From Macrostomum hystrix (lineage: Eukaryota > Animalia > Platyhelminthes), in the NCBI GenBank assembly GCA_950097015.1, contig CATNEN010000030.1, forward strand, positions 4,216,001 to 4,280,000: a DNA stretch of 64,000 bases. The letters are read 5' to 3'. Below the pieces are notes generated by a model. The model was not told where the DNA came from. It made no database searches and worked only from the letters and a program-made list of their open reading frames with translations. Positions 47,934-60,660 of this stretch are shown piece after piece. The translations under genes and the position numbers were made by a program. Every line of letters begins with the position of its first letter. The first letter of the stretch is position 1.

Positions 47934-48260
47934 TACATAATGTCACAGTTTTCTCGAAAAGCTTTTAGTTTAAGATGTACTTTAAAAGTTAAGACGATAT
48001 TGTTTCAAATTATTATGTTCTTACTAATGGTCATATTCTAAACAAGCAGAAAGCTTGTAGAACTAGTGTTGCACTGTTGCAGTTGCAGTGCAGTGGAATA
48101 CAAAAATTATGCCACGGAATATAGAAGTGATTACAAAAAGTTAATAGAATAACAATTGCGTAAATAAACATTTATATTCTTTGCAGCAAAATTTGTCGGG
48201 TTCACAACAATCTAGTGCACAGACTTTTAATGCGAATTTCGTAATGAGCTGATATCTATG

Positions 48261-48537
48261 ACTTACAAAAGAAATATTTTCAAAAAACACTTAGAATTTT
48301 AGACACTATTTCGGCAATTTAAAAAACTAAGCTGCTTTAAGAAACATACTTTTGTGAAAAGCAATGCTTGGTTTTATATAACACTTAGCTAAAACTTATG
48401 TTCATTTGTTATATTATTTGCAAAAGTTTTCCTTTTTTTAAAATATTATATCTAGAACGAGCTGTATAAAGCGAAAAAATAAAATCAGTGTTGATAAATT
48501 AATTTATCTAATATAGCGGATGAATTCAATCGTAAGT
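48261..48537. promoter_or_regulatory. Putative bidirectional promoter for DNAJC17(-) and XPO7(+)
   Basis: CpG-retaining patch between two CpG-depleted domains, bounded by outward-facing GTAAGT donors at 48266-48261 (-) and 48532-48537 (+). Confidence 0.35.
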
Positions 48538-49762
48538 CTTTTTTTCACTCTGCTAGTTCTTGTCTTGTCTGCCGTTGCTGCTCGACAGGAACGTATCCAG
48601 TTTTTTCTGTATTAAGTCGTTGTCGAGCTTGTTAGACACAAATTGTCACAACTATCAAATTTCTAGTATTGATGTCTTGGATGATTTTGTATTATAAATG
48701 TGATGGTCATGATTTAACACACTGACTAGTTATTAAAATGTGACTAGGGACATTTCAGGTTTAATGTATTTTACTTGTGCTAATTTTCACTGACCCTATT
48801 TTAATTTAGTACAGACTACTAAATTAGGCCCTAGTAATAACTAATCATATATTATCATAGCAGCAATCTCATTGTTTGTGGCATTCAATTATAATACTTT
48901 GAATTGGTGCAAAATATATTCGTGAATAGTTCCTGTGATTGCTGTGAATGCTGTCTACTTTAGCAACAAACCACAGACAAAAATTCAATTTTGCAATAAC
49001 TATACAAGTTACAACTTTTTACAGTTACAGTTAACCTACAACAGATAGTTATTTAAAAACATACTGTCTTCTAGGAGATCTAACCAGTATCTTAAGTTTT
49101 AAGTCAATTGAAAAACTAACTTAATTTTTTATGTTTAAAGTCCAAGAAGCCCTACATCATGACAAAAATGGCATAATGAATGCCAAACAAAAAAATGGAT
49201 CTTTCCTATTGTACTCAGAGAGCTGATTTTTGTAAGCAAGATTGCCAATCCTGAAAATTATCACTAAAATGTACACTAAATTAATTTGTAATAAAGGCCA
49301 TGATCTAGACTATGGAGCAACAACCATTTCAGCAAGAATTGTAATTTCGCTATCAAATAGTTTGTTATTGGCATACATTTATTGTCTACAGGGGTCTGAT
49401 TTCTCAAATAATTCATTGAATTAAGTTCATTTCATTAACATACACTTCAGTACAATAGACATTTTGGTAACAAACAAGACAGTTTGGTAATGAAAACTTT
49501 GGTAAGAGACATTTCAGTAACATAGCTAGGACACTTCAGTAACTTAAAGAATACCAAGTCATTAGTCCTCAACAAAGAAATTGAAACTGTTTATATATAT
49601 ATTTTAGTCAAATCAAAACATTACAAGTGAAACAAAGATCAAGATGGCTCTGCTGACAGTTAATGTGATCGTCATAAAATGTGTTTTTAATGCTAAAAAC
49701 ACTGTGCAATGGTTCAAAATGTCTTGCGCTTCAGACAAGACTGAGACACAGTTTCACTTGCT

Positions 49763-51160
49763 CTAACACGTAATGCGCCTCTGTGAAGGGGAGAGCTGTG
49801 AGCTTGTAGAATCTAAGGTTACCACTTTTGGCTCTCTGGTTAAGCCAATGGTTATACCCTTCTGAACCATTGTTCTTACATGTCCCAAATCAAACTTGAT
49901 AGCCATGTGCTGCCCATACTCCGGAAGGTTGGCAGATGCATGCCAGAAAGAAATTTTGGCGGTTGCTGAATGCACACCAATGCAGATCAGAAAAACTGAA
50001 ATTGCATACCACCCAAAAAGGGTCATTTGGTTGATTTGTTTCAATCAAATTGTTTGAAACAGTTGAAACAATTTTTTTTTACAAAAGGGGCATTCCCTTT
50101 ACCAAAACCCTAGCCCTATATTTCTTGACTCCATTGCATAATTGCAATTCCCACAGAGATCTTTAAAGGTCATTTAAAGCACTTAAAAGGAAGCTTAAGT
50201 ATAACAGTTATTGACTGTCAATAGAAAAAACTCATCAGTTCAGTCAGCCATGGCCTTGCAGTTGCTAATGAATGAATGAAAGCATTTCTTTCATTTGTCA
50301 ACCACTTTGCTGACATGGTACTTGTTCAAGCAAGCAATTGGTGCCCACGGATGCCATGCTTTTGTCCCCAGTGTGGTATAACTAGACTGCTTTGTTGAGG
50401 AACCGCTCACAGGCCTTGCTACCCACAGGAGGCAGCATCTAGGCCAGCTTTGTTCGGAGCTGCAGGGTGTCATTTGTCTGGCCTCCTAGTTGTTGTTTCA
50501 GCCAATTTCAGCCAAGTTCTGCCATAATAAATAAAGTATAGCCAGTGGCAACCAAATTTCCATTCTCAGTGGCTCATATTACCATATTACTCCATTTATT
50601 TTCATTTCTTTAATTCTTGTATTTCTTCTACTATATCTTTATACCAATTAATGTATATTCATAGCCATACTTTTCTTGCCACTGTTAACACACTTTAGAA
50701 TAACAATTGAATTTCAGAAGGAAACATAGTTGGGACATCTTCAATCTGTGATCCTGTAATCTAAAAAATGGAATGTATACTTGTCATTGTTACTAAACCC
50801 CTTAAAGTTAAAAACTCAATGATAGTTTTTTAAGCATCCAACTTGGTACATAATGTCAAGATTTTTAAAGAAGCCTTTTACCTATACCACCATATCTCAA
50901 GGCAAAGTGCATGCTGACTGCCCTGCTTCAGAGAAGACATGCAGGTTGCTATAGAAGGACTGGTAGATGGCAGTCTCATCAATCATGGCAGCAAAGTGAA
51001 CCCCAGATTCCATAGTTCCAGAGATGTGCAGCATCAGATCCACTGGGTGCCATGGAGCTAGCTCCAGACTGACAATCTGGCTGGTGACCTCTGGTTGGCA
51101 GTAAACAACCAATGCTTTGCATAGTGGTTTACTTCTCATGAAATTTCTCAACAAAGTGCC
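49763..51160 (-). pseudogene. Possible highly decayed hAT transposase remnant
   Basis: YCQPEV...HFAAMIDET resembles the first catalytic-Asp motif of hAT transposases (FS..xDETTD); ICIGVHSATAKISF weakly resembles the dimerisation motif. Confidence 0.3.
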
Positions 51161-51351
51161 GGCTGTCCAACAGGTTTAAACAAATGTGCATTCTTGCAAC
51201 CGCTGTATTGGCCATTCGCCTCTACAACCAAGGCAGCACATTTGACTTGCGCATTCCAAACATTGCAGTGCCAGTGTGTTCTTTCCCCTCAAGTGAATTG
51301 TGGGCTGTAGTTGTAGCCATTGGACCAAACTGTCACCAAATTTGTTGCAGG

Positions 51352-51660
51352 CCAGTTAGGTGGGTTCGTGGCATAGCAATTAATGTATTTGCCCCTTGCT
51401 CCACAGTCCCTAAGTTTAATTCCATGGTAAGGCCATATTTATTTGGAGTGCAGCCATGGAAAGAAGGCTTAGGGGCTTGTTGTGCAATGAGAAAGTCAGG
51501 GCAGGTGTACACCTGTGTGAGTTTATGCCTGCGTACAGTATCTGTGTGGGTGCTCAGAAGTTAGCAAAATCAGCAGAATTGCCTCCTTGCTGGCTGCAGG
51601 TCTAGTGTTACTAAATGATTGGCATTGCCTGCAGCCATCCTGCAATTATAATTATTTTTA
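51352..51660 (+). mobile_element. SINE family 2, CpG-decayed copy
   Basis: Aligns with 38668-38995 with an internal deletion; (ATT)-rich tail. Confidence 0.75.
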
Positions 51661-51989
51661 TTAGTATTACATGCCTGTTACAATATTTAACTGTTCCTGC
51701 TAGTTATTATACATTAATTTCTTAATTTCTTGTACGAGCCGTATTTATACCATTCTCCTCCATCTTCACATTAATACAAAACACATACAACTGAATGAAG
51801 GTTTTTTTACATATTAAATCTAAGTCTTACCATTTTATAACAACATTTTTTTGAGTATGTTCTGTGAAAAAAGTTTGTTTTAAATCACACTATATCACAA
51901 TAGTTTACTATAGTAAAGTTCCATAGGTAGAGCTTTTACCAAAATGTTTTATAATTAGTTTCTTGAAAAAAAGTAGTACTGTTTCAGTT

Positions 51990-52106
51990 AGTTTGAGAGT
52001 CAGTGGCAGAGCAGTTAATGTATTTGCCTCATGCACCAAGGTCCCTGAGCTCAATTTGTGGCAATGCCACATTGAATTGGGGTGCAGCTGCAGAGAGAAG
52101 GCTTAG
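51990..52106 (+). mobile_element. SINE family 2, 5' fragment
   Basis: GTGGCAGAGCAGTTAATGTATTTGCCTC...GCAGCTGCAGAGAGAAGGCTT matches the family 2 head. Confidence 0.65.
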
Positions 52107-52572
52107 CACTAATTCAAATTATAATAATTTAATGCCATAAAGTAGGTTACCTTTTAGCCTATAAGGCTTATTGGCATGGTAGACTAGACAGAGAGGCTCC
52201 TACATCTTCTACATTAATTTAGTGGCAGAAGAAAATACATTATATATATTGAGAAGTAGATTGTTGATTGAAATTAAAGTCTTTTTTATCAATATTTGGT
52301 CTAAATTTAGTCTAAACTAGCAAGTTTTGCCCCCCTTCGGGGAGCAGAAATACTTTTAATTCGTCTAGTATATACTTAATAAAATAAATAAATAAAAATA
52401 TAACAAAATATTCTCTCGTTGAAATGTTGAATGCAAATTCTAGATGTACACTTAATATTATTGGTTCTGTCCAATGTATTATCCCTGATTAGGGCGACTA
52501 AGCACTGATTAAATCCCCATAAGCTGGCATTTTATTCAGCCCAAACTGCAGCTTTCAGTCCAGCGCCACAAT

Positions 52573-55500
52573 ATGGAAGTAGAGCAAGTGGAGCTGCTAT
52601 GCAAGCAGCTGTATGAGACGCAGGATGCCAATCTGCGCTCTGATGCTGAAAAAGCCCTAGTAAATCTAACCAATGATCCGCTGTGCTTGTCCAAGTGTCA
52701 GCTACTGCTTGAACGTGCCAGCTCGCCCTATTCCCAGCTAGTGGCTAGCAATAGCCTGACTAAACTGCTGTCAAAGCCGTCTACCAGCCTTTCAGTGGAG
52801 GAGCGCCTTGAGATGCGCAACTATGTACTGCGCTACCTGGCACAGCACTCTGGCAAATTGGTCGCCTACGTGCAGCAGAGCCTAGCCCAGCTATTCTGCC
52901 GCCTAACCCGCCTTGGCTGGTTTGACTCCGACAGCAAGGAAGACTGGCCGTTTCGCAATGTGGTCGAATTGATTACTAATTTCTTGCAGAGGCCCGACTC
53001 GCAGCATGTGCTTATTGGTGTGCAGCTGCTGTCACAGCTAGTGGCCGAGATGAATACATTTGCTGATCAGGTCAGTTATTATGGGGGTTTATAGAGTTTC
53101 CATGGAAACCAAGCTTATTGGGGAAGAAAGAAATGCAGACCAACGCTTGCGAAATGTACAGGGAAACCAGAATTGCAAACCTTAAAATCCTGGTTCCAAC
53201 TGGAATTGCGACAGTTAAATAACTATGTTAGTCAGCCAATACAAAATAATCATGGCTAAATTGATGCTGTTGTCATTGACAACAGCAGTAAAGACTGACA
53301 ATAACTAGAGTAGAATACGGAAGAAATTACATGTAACTTGGTTGAGCCAGTTGTGCCACACTGAAGTGGGGGCCCCAACTGAAATATCGTACACAATTGA
53401 TGCTAGTACCTATTTCTCTGCAATACCGACCGAGTCAGCATCGTCGAGATATTCAGCGATTCGGAGACCCTGGACATCAAACATTGCTCTGTATTAACCT
53501 CCATGGCGAATTCATTTTGGTTCAAAAATGAAAAAGGTAACAATTTAATCAATCCGAAATAGTCAACAATAATAGACGACATGGTAACATGATGAAATTT
53601 TGGGAGCAGAAAAATGATGCATTTATTGGTGATTTTTGCCACCAGGCACCTCGACGAGAATCTTTGAATATCTCGACGATGCCGATGTGATTCTGAAAGT
53701 TGTTTCATCGTATAGAGCGGAAAATTTGAGGCCGTGTTTTGCATTTTCATGGCGATTGCTTGAATATTTTGAGAGATACAGAAAAAAGAAAAATGTGGGT
53801 GTTTAAAATATTCCTGTGATCTTCCCGAATCTCCAACTGTAGGAATCGAGCCGCTCGCTCAGCATGCACCGCAAGATTGCGTCATCATTTCGCGACTCTC
53901 AGCTGTTTGAAATTTTCCGCCTTGGCTGTTCTCTACTGCGTGACGCGGCGGCTAATTTGAAATCGCTGAGCAATTCGGTGGCAGATCCCTCATCCACCGA
54001 ACACAATCTATTGGCGCACACGCTGCGCCTAGTGAAGAATTGTTTGAACTTCGATTTCATTGGCACCGCCGGTGATGAGTCCGCGGACGATTTGAGCACC
54101 GTCCAGATACCCACCTCCTGGCGTCCGGCTTTCTTTGATCAGGACTGCGTGCTGCCCGGCTTGTTCTTCGACTTGTTCGCCGGCCTGCCGTCCACCCTGG
54201 CCCCGCTGTCCCTCGGCTGTCTTGTTCAGGTGGCCTCCATTCGTCGCTCCCTATTCTCTAATGTTGAACGTGCCGCCTTTCTAAATTCTCTGGTGCGCGG
54301 AGTTCGCGACATTCTGCGCAACCCGATGGGACTGAACGATCCGGCCTGCTATCACGAGTTCTGCCGCCTGGTGGCCCGCCTAAAGTCCAATTATCAGCTG
54401 GGGGAACTGGTGCGCATCGAGGCCTACAATGAATTTATTAAACTCATTGCGGACTTCACAGTGCGCAGTTTGCATATGTACAACTTCGGATCTAATAGTG
54501 TGCACTACCTACTGTCTCTATGGCAACGCATGGTCGCCTCTATACCTTATTTGAAGGTTACGGAGCCGCACTTTTTAGAGGCCTATGTGCCAGAGATAGT
54601 CACGGTAAGAATACGCTTATCTTAAAATTAGCCATAAAACCTACTTTTTGTGTCGATCTTTGAGGTCGACATATTAGCTACCTACCTGATCTTTGAGGTT
54701 GACATATTAGATACCTACCTGATCTTTGAGGTTGACATATTAGATACCTACCTGATCTTTGAGGTTGGCATATTAGCTACCTACCTGATCTTTGAGGTTG
54801 ACATATTAGCTACCTACCTGATCTTTGAGGTTGACATATTAGCTACCTACCTGATCTTTGAGGTAGACATATTAGCTACCTACCTGATCTTTGAGGTAGA
54901 CATATTAGCTAACTACCTGATCTTTGAGGTTGACATATTAGCTACCTACCTGATCTTTGAGGTTGACATATTAGCTACCTACCTGATCTTTGAGGTTGAC
55001 ATATTAGCTACCTACCTGATCTTTGAGGTTGACATATTAGCTACCTACCTGATCTTTGAGGTTGACATATTAGCTAACTACCTGATCTTTGAGGTAGACA
55101 TATTAGATACCTACCTGATCTTTGAGGTTGACATATTAGCTACCTACCTGATCTTTGAGGTTGACATATTAGCTACCTACCTGATCTTTACGGTAAACAT
55201 TTGTACTCAGATGATCGTTGCAGTAGGCATTTTGCCCCTGTAAATCTAATACACTCTGACTCACACAAGCCTCCCAATTCCCATATGAAGGCCTACGTAA
55301 CTTCTCGCGTGGACTCGGTACCTCTGGTATTTCGCGAAGGCCTGGAGCAGCCATTGGACGATGTGAATCTAGTCAGCCAGCAGCTGGAACAGCTGGCCAC
55401 TATTGGCCGATGCGAGTATGAGAAAACTGTGCAATTGTTAGTGCAACTATTCGATCAGTCTGCCTCTGCCTATAGCCAGGTGATGCCACTAGGCGGCACA

Positions 55501-58500
55501 GATGTCCTAGTGCAGGAGTGCAAACTGGCCTGGCTTACCTACTTTATGGGCGCCTGCATTGGCGGCAGGATATCGTTTAATTCAACCGATGTTCACGATG
55601 AATTAGACTCTGAACTGTGCTGCCGGGTGCTGCAGCTAATGCGCCTGGCTGATCAGCGACTCCCACACTCTGCGCACAGGCTAGAGCTGGCCTTCCTGTA
55701 CTTTCTGGACCAGTTTCGCAAGATCTACGTTGGCGATTCTGTGCAGAAGGCCTGCAAAGTTTATAGGCGCATGGGCGAAGTGCTGGGCATTGCTGACGAA
55801 AGCGCCATACTGGCCGTCTTTGTTACTAAGGTTAGTTGCACTCAATCTGTGAGAGCTGTACTCTGTGTCTAGTGTCTGCGAGTGCTTTGTAATTATTGTC
55901 ACCCCCGGTGCTATAGACTAGAATTAATTCGATAGTCGAGTAGATAAAATAGTTAATTTAGAACAATAAATGAGGTCGCAGCCTTGTGTTTGGAGGGTCG
56001 GACTCATGACTTAAAGGTCGGGGGTTCCATTCTCGACTCCACTGGAACGATTTGTGTCCTTTAGCAAGACACGTAGCTCTGCATTGCTTCAGTTCACCCA
56101 GCTGTTAAATGGGTACTAGCATTAGCTGGGGTAAGTGAGGGTCGGTGTGGCGTCCGCCCAGTCCATGGACTGAACAGCCGTACGCAGTCTTCAGATGCGC
56201 CGCACAATAGCTTCGGCTGTGCTGTCGGCTGCAAATCTGCCCTTAATGGGGCATGTGTAATAAATTGAAATTATTATTATTATTAACTACTACTACCACT
56301 ACAACTACTATACTGTTGGATATCGAAAGTCTAATTACAAATACTTGATCCCGGTTCTATACCATTTTGTAGCTTAGTATACACCAAAAAAAATATAGTG
56401 ACTATAATATAAAGATTAAAATATGAATATATTAACTATATGGTATACTATAAACTAAAAAAAATACACATATTATATACTAGGCTATTATCTTGTCTTT
56501 GAGTTAAACAAACGCAAGAGAATTAGGAATCAACTTAATGACGCAGTTTTTCTCTAGGACTGAAATTTGAGTTCCCGTCTTCTGTCAGCCGACTACTACT
56601 AGTAGTAGTAGTTGTTGTTGTACCCACACTAGCCGTATCTCAATGCTTATTTGTTCTCGCGCGCAGGTGATTGCCAATCTGAAATTCTGGAGCCACCACG
56701 AAACCATCATTGGTCGGACCCTGGCACTGCTAGGGGACTTAAGCGCCGGCTACTCGGCCGTGCGCAAGCTGGTCCGCCTGGATAGCGTCCAATTTGTGTT
56801 GGCCAATCATTCGGCCGCGCATTTCCCATTCCTCAGCGGCCAGGAGACCCTGCCGGCCAGGTTGAAGTTTCGAACCTCATTCTACGCCGCACTGGGCCGC
56901 CTGCTCATGGTTGACCTAGGCGAGGATGAGGACAGATTCCAGGCCTTTATGCAGCCTTTGACTGACGCATTTGCCAATGTTGCCAACTTGCTCAATTCTA
57001 ATCAGCTGCAGGAGGCTCAAACTGGACTCGTTGGCCTGGCTAGGGACCTGCGAGGTATCGCATACAGCCTGAACACTAAATCAGCCTACATGATGCTGCT
57101 GGACTGGTTCTGTCCGGATTACTCACAGCTAATGGTCAAGGCACTGGAGGTATGCTCACCTGTGCTCACCTCAGTTGGATCAGGCGATTGCGTTTCATGC
57201 ATCGAGTTAATGATTCTCCTCTGGGACAGTTTTGAAGTTTGATTTATTAGTTGATATCAATTGATTTCTGATATCATATATTGACTTAGTAATTTCATAT
57301 TGGTGTTTTCCATTATCGATTGGTTTATGATATCATGGATTGGGGTGGGCTATGCATTGTGCTCACAGGATCTTTGAGGTAGGATAAATCTTTAAGGATT
57401 GATATATGAAATCACATATTAATCTATATGATATCACGGATTGATCTATGAAATCAAGGATTTACTTATATGATATAATGGATTGATCTATATGATATAA
57501 TGGATTGATCTATATGATATAATGGATTAATCTAAATGATATAATGGATTAATCTATATGATATAATGGATTGATCTATATGATATAATGGATTGATCTA
57601 TATGATATAATGGATTGACCTATATGATATAATGGATTGATCTATATGATATCACGGATTGATCTATGAGATCACGGATTGATCTATGAGATCACGGATT
57701 GATCTATATGATATAATGGATTGATCTATATGATATAATGGATTGATCTATATGATATAATGAATTGATCTATATGATATCACGGATTGATCTATGAGAT
57801 CACGGATTGATCTATGATATCACGGATTGATCTATGAGATCACGGATTGATCTATATGATATAATGGATTGATCTATATGATATAATGGATTGATCTATA
57901 TGATATAATGGATTGATCTATATGATATCACGGATTGATCTATGAGATCACGGATTGATCTATGATATCACGGATTGATCTATGAGATCACGGATTGATC
58001 TATATGATATAATGGATTGATCTATATGATATAATGAATTGATCTATATGATATCACGGATTGATCTATGAGATCACGGATTGATCTATGATATCACGGA
58101 TTGATCTATGAGATCACGGATTGATCTATATGATATAATGGATTGATCTATATGATATAATGAGTTGATCTATATGATATCACGGATTGATCTATGAGAT
58201 CACGGATTGATCTATATGATATCACAGATTGATCTATGAGATCACGGATTGATCTATATGATATAATGGATTGATCTATATGATATAATGGATTGATCTA
58301 TATGATATAATGGATTGATCTATATGATATAATGGATTGATCTATATGAGATCACAGATTGATCTATGGTATGCGTATTGGTACTACCATATGTGCATCA
58401 TTGGTCACCGCTGACAATGTGACTGACATTGACAGGTGTGGGGCGCCTCTCCCGAAGTAACCACCCCGATCCTAAAGCTGTACGCCGAGGTGGCCCAGAA

Positions 58501-60057
58501 TCGGTCCAATCGGCTGCAATTCGATGTCGCCAGCCCGGACGGTGTACTGCTATTCCGCGAACTGTCCCGCGTTGTCTGCACCTACGGTGAGGGCCTGCTG
58601 GCTAGGCAGCCGCCTAAGGACCGCTTGTATCATCACAAGCTTAAGGGCATAGCTGTCTGCTTCACTATTTTGAAGGCTAGCCTATCTGGTAACTATGTGA
58701 ATCTGGGCGTGTTCAGCCTGTACCAGGATCCCGCATTGGACTCTGCACTGTCTGTATTTGTGCGCCTATTACTCAGCGTTGAGCAGACTGAACTATTGCA
58801 ATATCCGAAGCTTTCTCAGGCCTATTATCCACTGTTGGACTGCCTGGCCCAGGATCACGTCTATTTCCTAGCTGGCTCAGAGCCGACCGTATTTCTCTAC
58901 ATTCTACAGTCCGTGCACGACGGCTTGACTTCGTCTGACACTCTGGTCTGCTCAGCCTGCTGCGCTGTGCTAGACAGCCTGCTCAGCTTTCTGTTCACCT
59001 GCCTGCAGCGGCGTGGCAGGCTGCGACCCAGGCAGAGGGAGGCATGCGACCGGATGCAGGCGAGTGACGGGCGCCTCGCTTATGTGCTGGACTGTGGGTC
59101 TGGTTTGGGCCTAAGTATAAGTTTGTTGGTATTTTTAGGTAGGCTTGTGGACATTTTTAGGTAGGCTTGTGGAAATTGTTCAGGTAGGCTTGTGGAAATT
59201 GTTCAGGTAGGCTTGTGGAAATTGTTCAGGTAGGCTTGTGGAAATTGTTCAGGTAGGCTTGTGGAAATTGTTCAGGTAGGCTTGTGGAAATTGTTCAGGT
59301 AGTTTATGTTGTGTAATGTTCTGGTTAATGTTGTGAGGTGTAGGGTTCTGGTTAATGTTGTGAGGTGTAGGGTTCTGGTTAATGTTGTGAGGTGTAGGGT
59401 TCTGGTTAATGTTGTGAGGTGTAGGGTTCTGGTTAATGTTGTGAGGTGTAGGGTTCTGGTTAATGTTGTGAGGTGTAGGGTTCTGTTTAATGTTGTGTGT
59501 AGGGTTCTGGTTAATGTTGTGTGTAGGGTTCTGGTTAATGTTGTGTGTAGGGTTCTGGTTAATGTTGTGAGGTGTAGGGTTCTGATAATGTTGTGCGTAG
59601 GGTTCTGATGATGTTGCGTGTAGGGTTCTGATGATGTTGTGCACTCATTGGGGACAGGTTTCTAGTTTCCACATCTCAACAATTGCAGAACAGTGTTCAG
59701 CCCCGACTGCTTGAGCAGCTGCTGGTCACCCTGCTCAACATTGTGGTGTTTGAGGACTGCCGCCACCAGTGGAGCCTGAGCCGGCCGCTGCTACCGCTGA
59801 TACTGCTCAACGAGAAATGCTTCCAGGAGGTGCGGGCCTCGATCATAGGCTCGCAGCAGTGGGGCGGCGGCCAGGCAGGCATGGAGCGCCAGTCGGCCGT
59901 GTCGGCCTGCTTTGACAAGCTCATGGAGGGCGTTGAACGCAACCTGCTGGTGCGCAATCGGGACAAGTTCACGCAGAACCTGTCTTTGTTCAGGCGGGAC
60001 ATTAGCGACGCGCTGAAGGCGGCTCCGTCAGTCGATTTAGGCAATGAGATGTCCTAG
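52573..60057 (+). CDS. XPO7: Exportin-7 / RANBP17; exons 52573-53070, 53843-54604, 55291-55830, 56667-57149, 58436-59059, 59689-60057 (~1091 aa)
   Basis: IBN_N domain ([11 protein letters not shown]...[15 protein letters not shown]), [53 protein letters not shown] and [22 protein letters not shown] motifs. All introns are phase 0; the fifth is modelled as GC-AG. Confidence 0.93.
53405..53830. mobile_element. Dispersed repeat related to the TTAA-flanked element, in XPO7 intron 1
   Basis: 53580-53800 aligns with 40190-40400; internal inverted motif CATCGTCGAGATATTCA (~53438) / TGAATATCTCGACGATG (~53666). Confidence 0.65.
54655..55190. repeat. Minisatellite, 33 bp unit ATCTTTGAGGTTGACATATTAGCTACCTACCTG, XPO7 intron 2
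   Basis: Direct tandem repetition. Confidence 0.95.
55972..56310 (+). mobile_element. tRNA-derived CORE-like SINE family 1, most complete copy, XPO7 intron 3
   Basis: tRNA-like head, TGTGTCCTTTAGCAAGACAC...CTTCAGTTCACCCAGCTGTTAAATGGGTAC core, (TTA)n tail. Confidence 0.82.
57470..58368. repeat. Minisatellite, 20-22 bp unit GGATTGATCTATATGATATAAT and variants, XPO7 intron 4
   Basis: Direct tandem repetition. Confidence 0.95.
59135..59640. repeat. Two abutting minisatellites (23 bp CAGGTAGGCTTGTGGAAATTGTT; 27 bp GTAGGGTTCTGGTTAATGTTGTGAGGT), XPO7 intron 5
   Basis: Direct tandem repetition. Confidence 0.93.
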
Positions 60058-60364
60058 ATTAGTACCTAGCTAGACTTGAATCTACTTAAATAATTTGGCC
60101 TGTTCAGTTTCTTTTTAATTCCCAATCCAATTGATCTGTCTTTTATAACTGTTGCTTGCTTAGTGCGGAATTCTTTGAGAAGCATTTCTCTATTTCAATT
60201 TTATTTTCCTAATTTATTGCTGGAAATTTCTAAATGCTTTCACTCAGTTGGTCAGTGCCGTCTTGTCCAATGTCTAATGGAAGCGACAGATATTTCTTGT
60301 TTGATTAAGTAGGTCATTCATTAGTTCATTGAAATCATTCGTTAGTTGATACCAGTTATGATCT

Positions 60365-60660
60365 TTGATATCATCGATTGGTTCATCCAATCATCGATTG
60401 GTTCATCCAATCATCGATTGGTTCATCCAATCATCGATTGGTTCATACAATCATCGATTGGTTCATCCAATCATCGATTGGTTCATCCAATCATCGATTG
60501 GTTCATCCAATCATCGATTGGTTCATCCAATCATCGATTGGTTCATCCAATCATCGATTGGTTCATCCAATCATCGATTGGTTCATCCAATCATCGATTG
60601 GTTCATCCAATCATCGATTGGTTCATCCAATCATCGATTGGTTCATCCAATCAGCGATGG
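60365..60660. repeat. Minisatellite, 20 bp unit ATCATCGATTGGTTCATCCA, downstream of the XPO7 stop
   Basis: Direct tandem repetition. Confidence 0.95.

Noticed and set aside
54650-55243. 197-aa ORF in XPO7 intron 2, and similar ORFs at 59249-59644 and 60346-60705
   Set aside because: Minisatellite translations inside introns or the 3' flank
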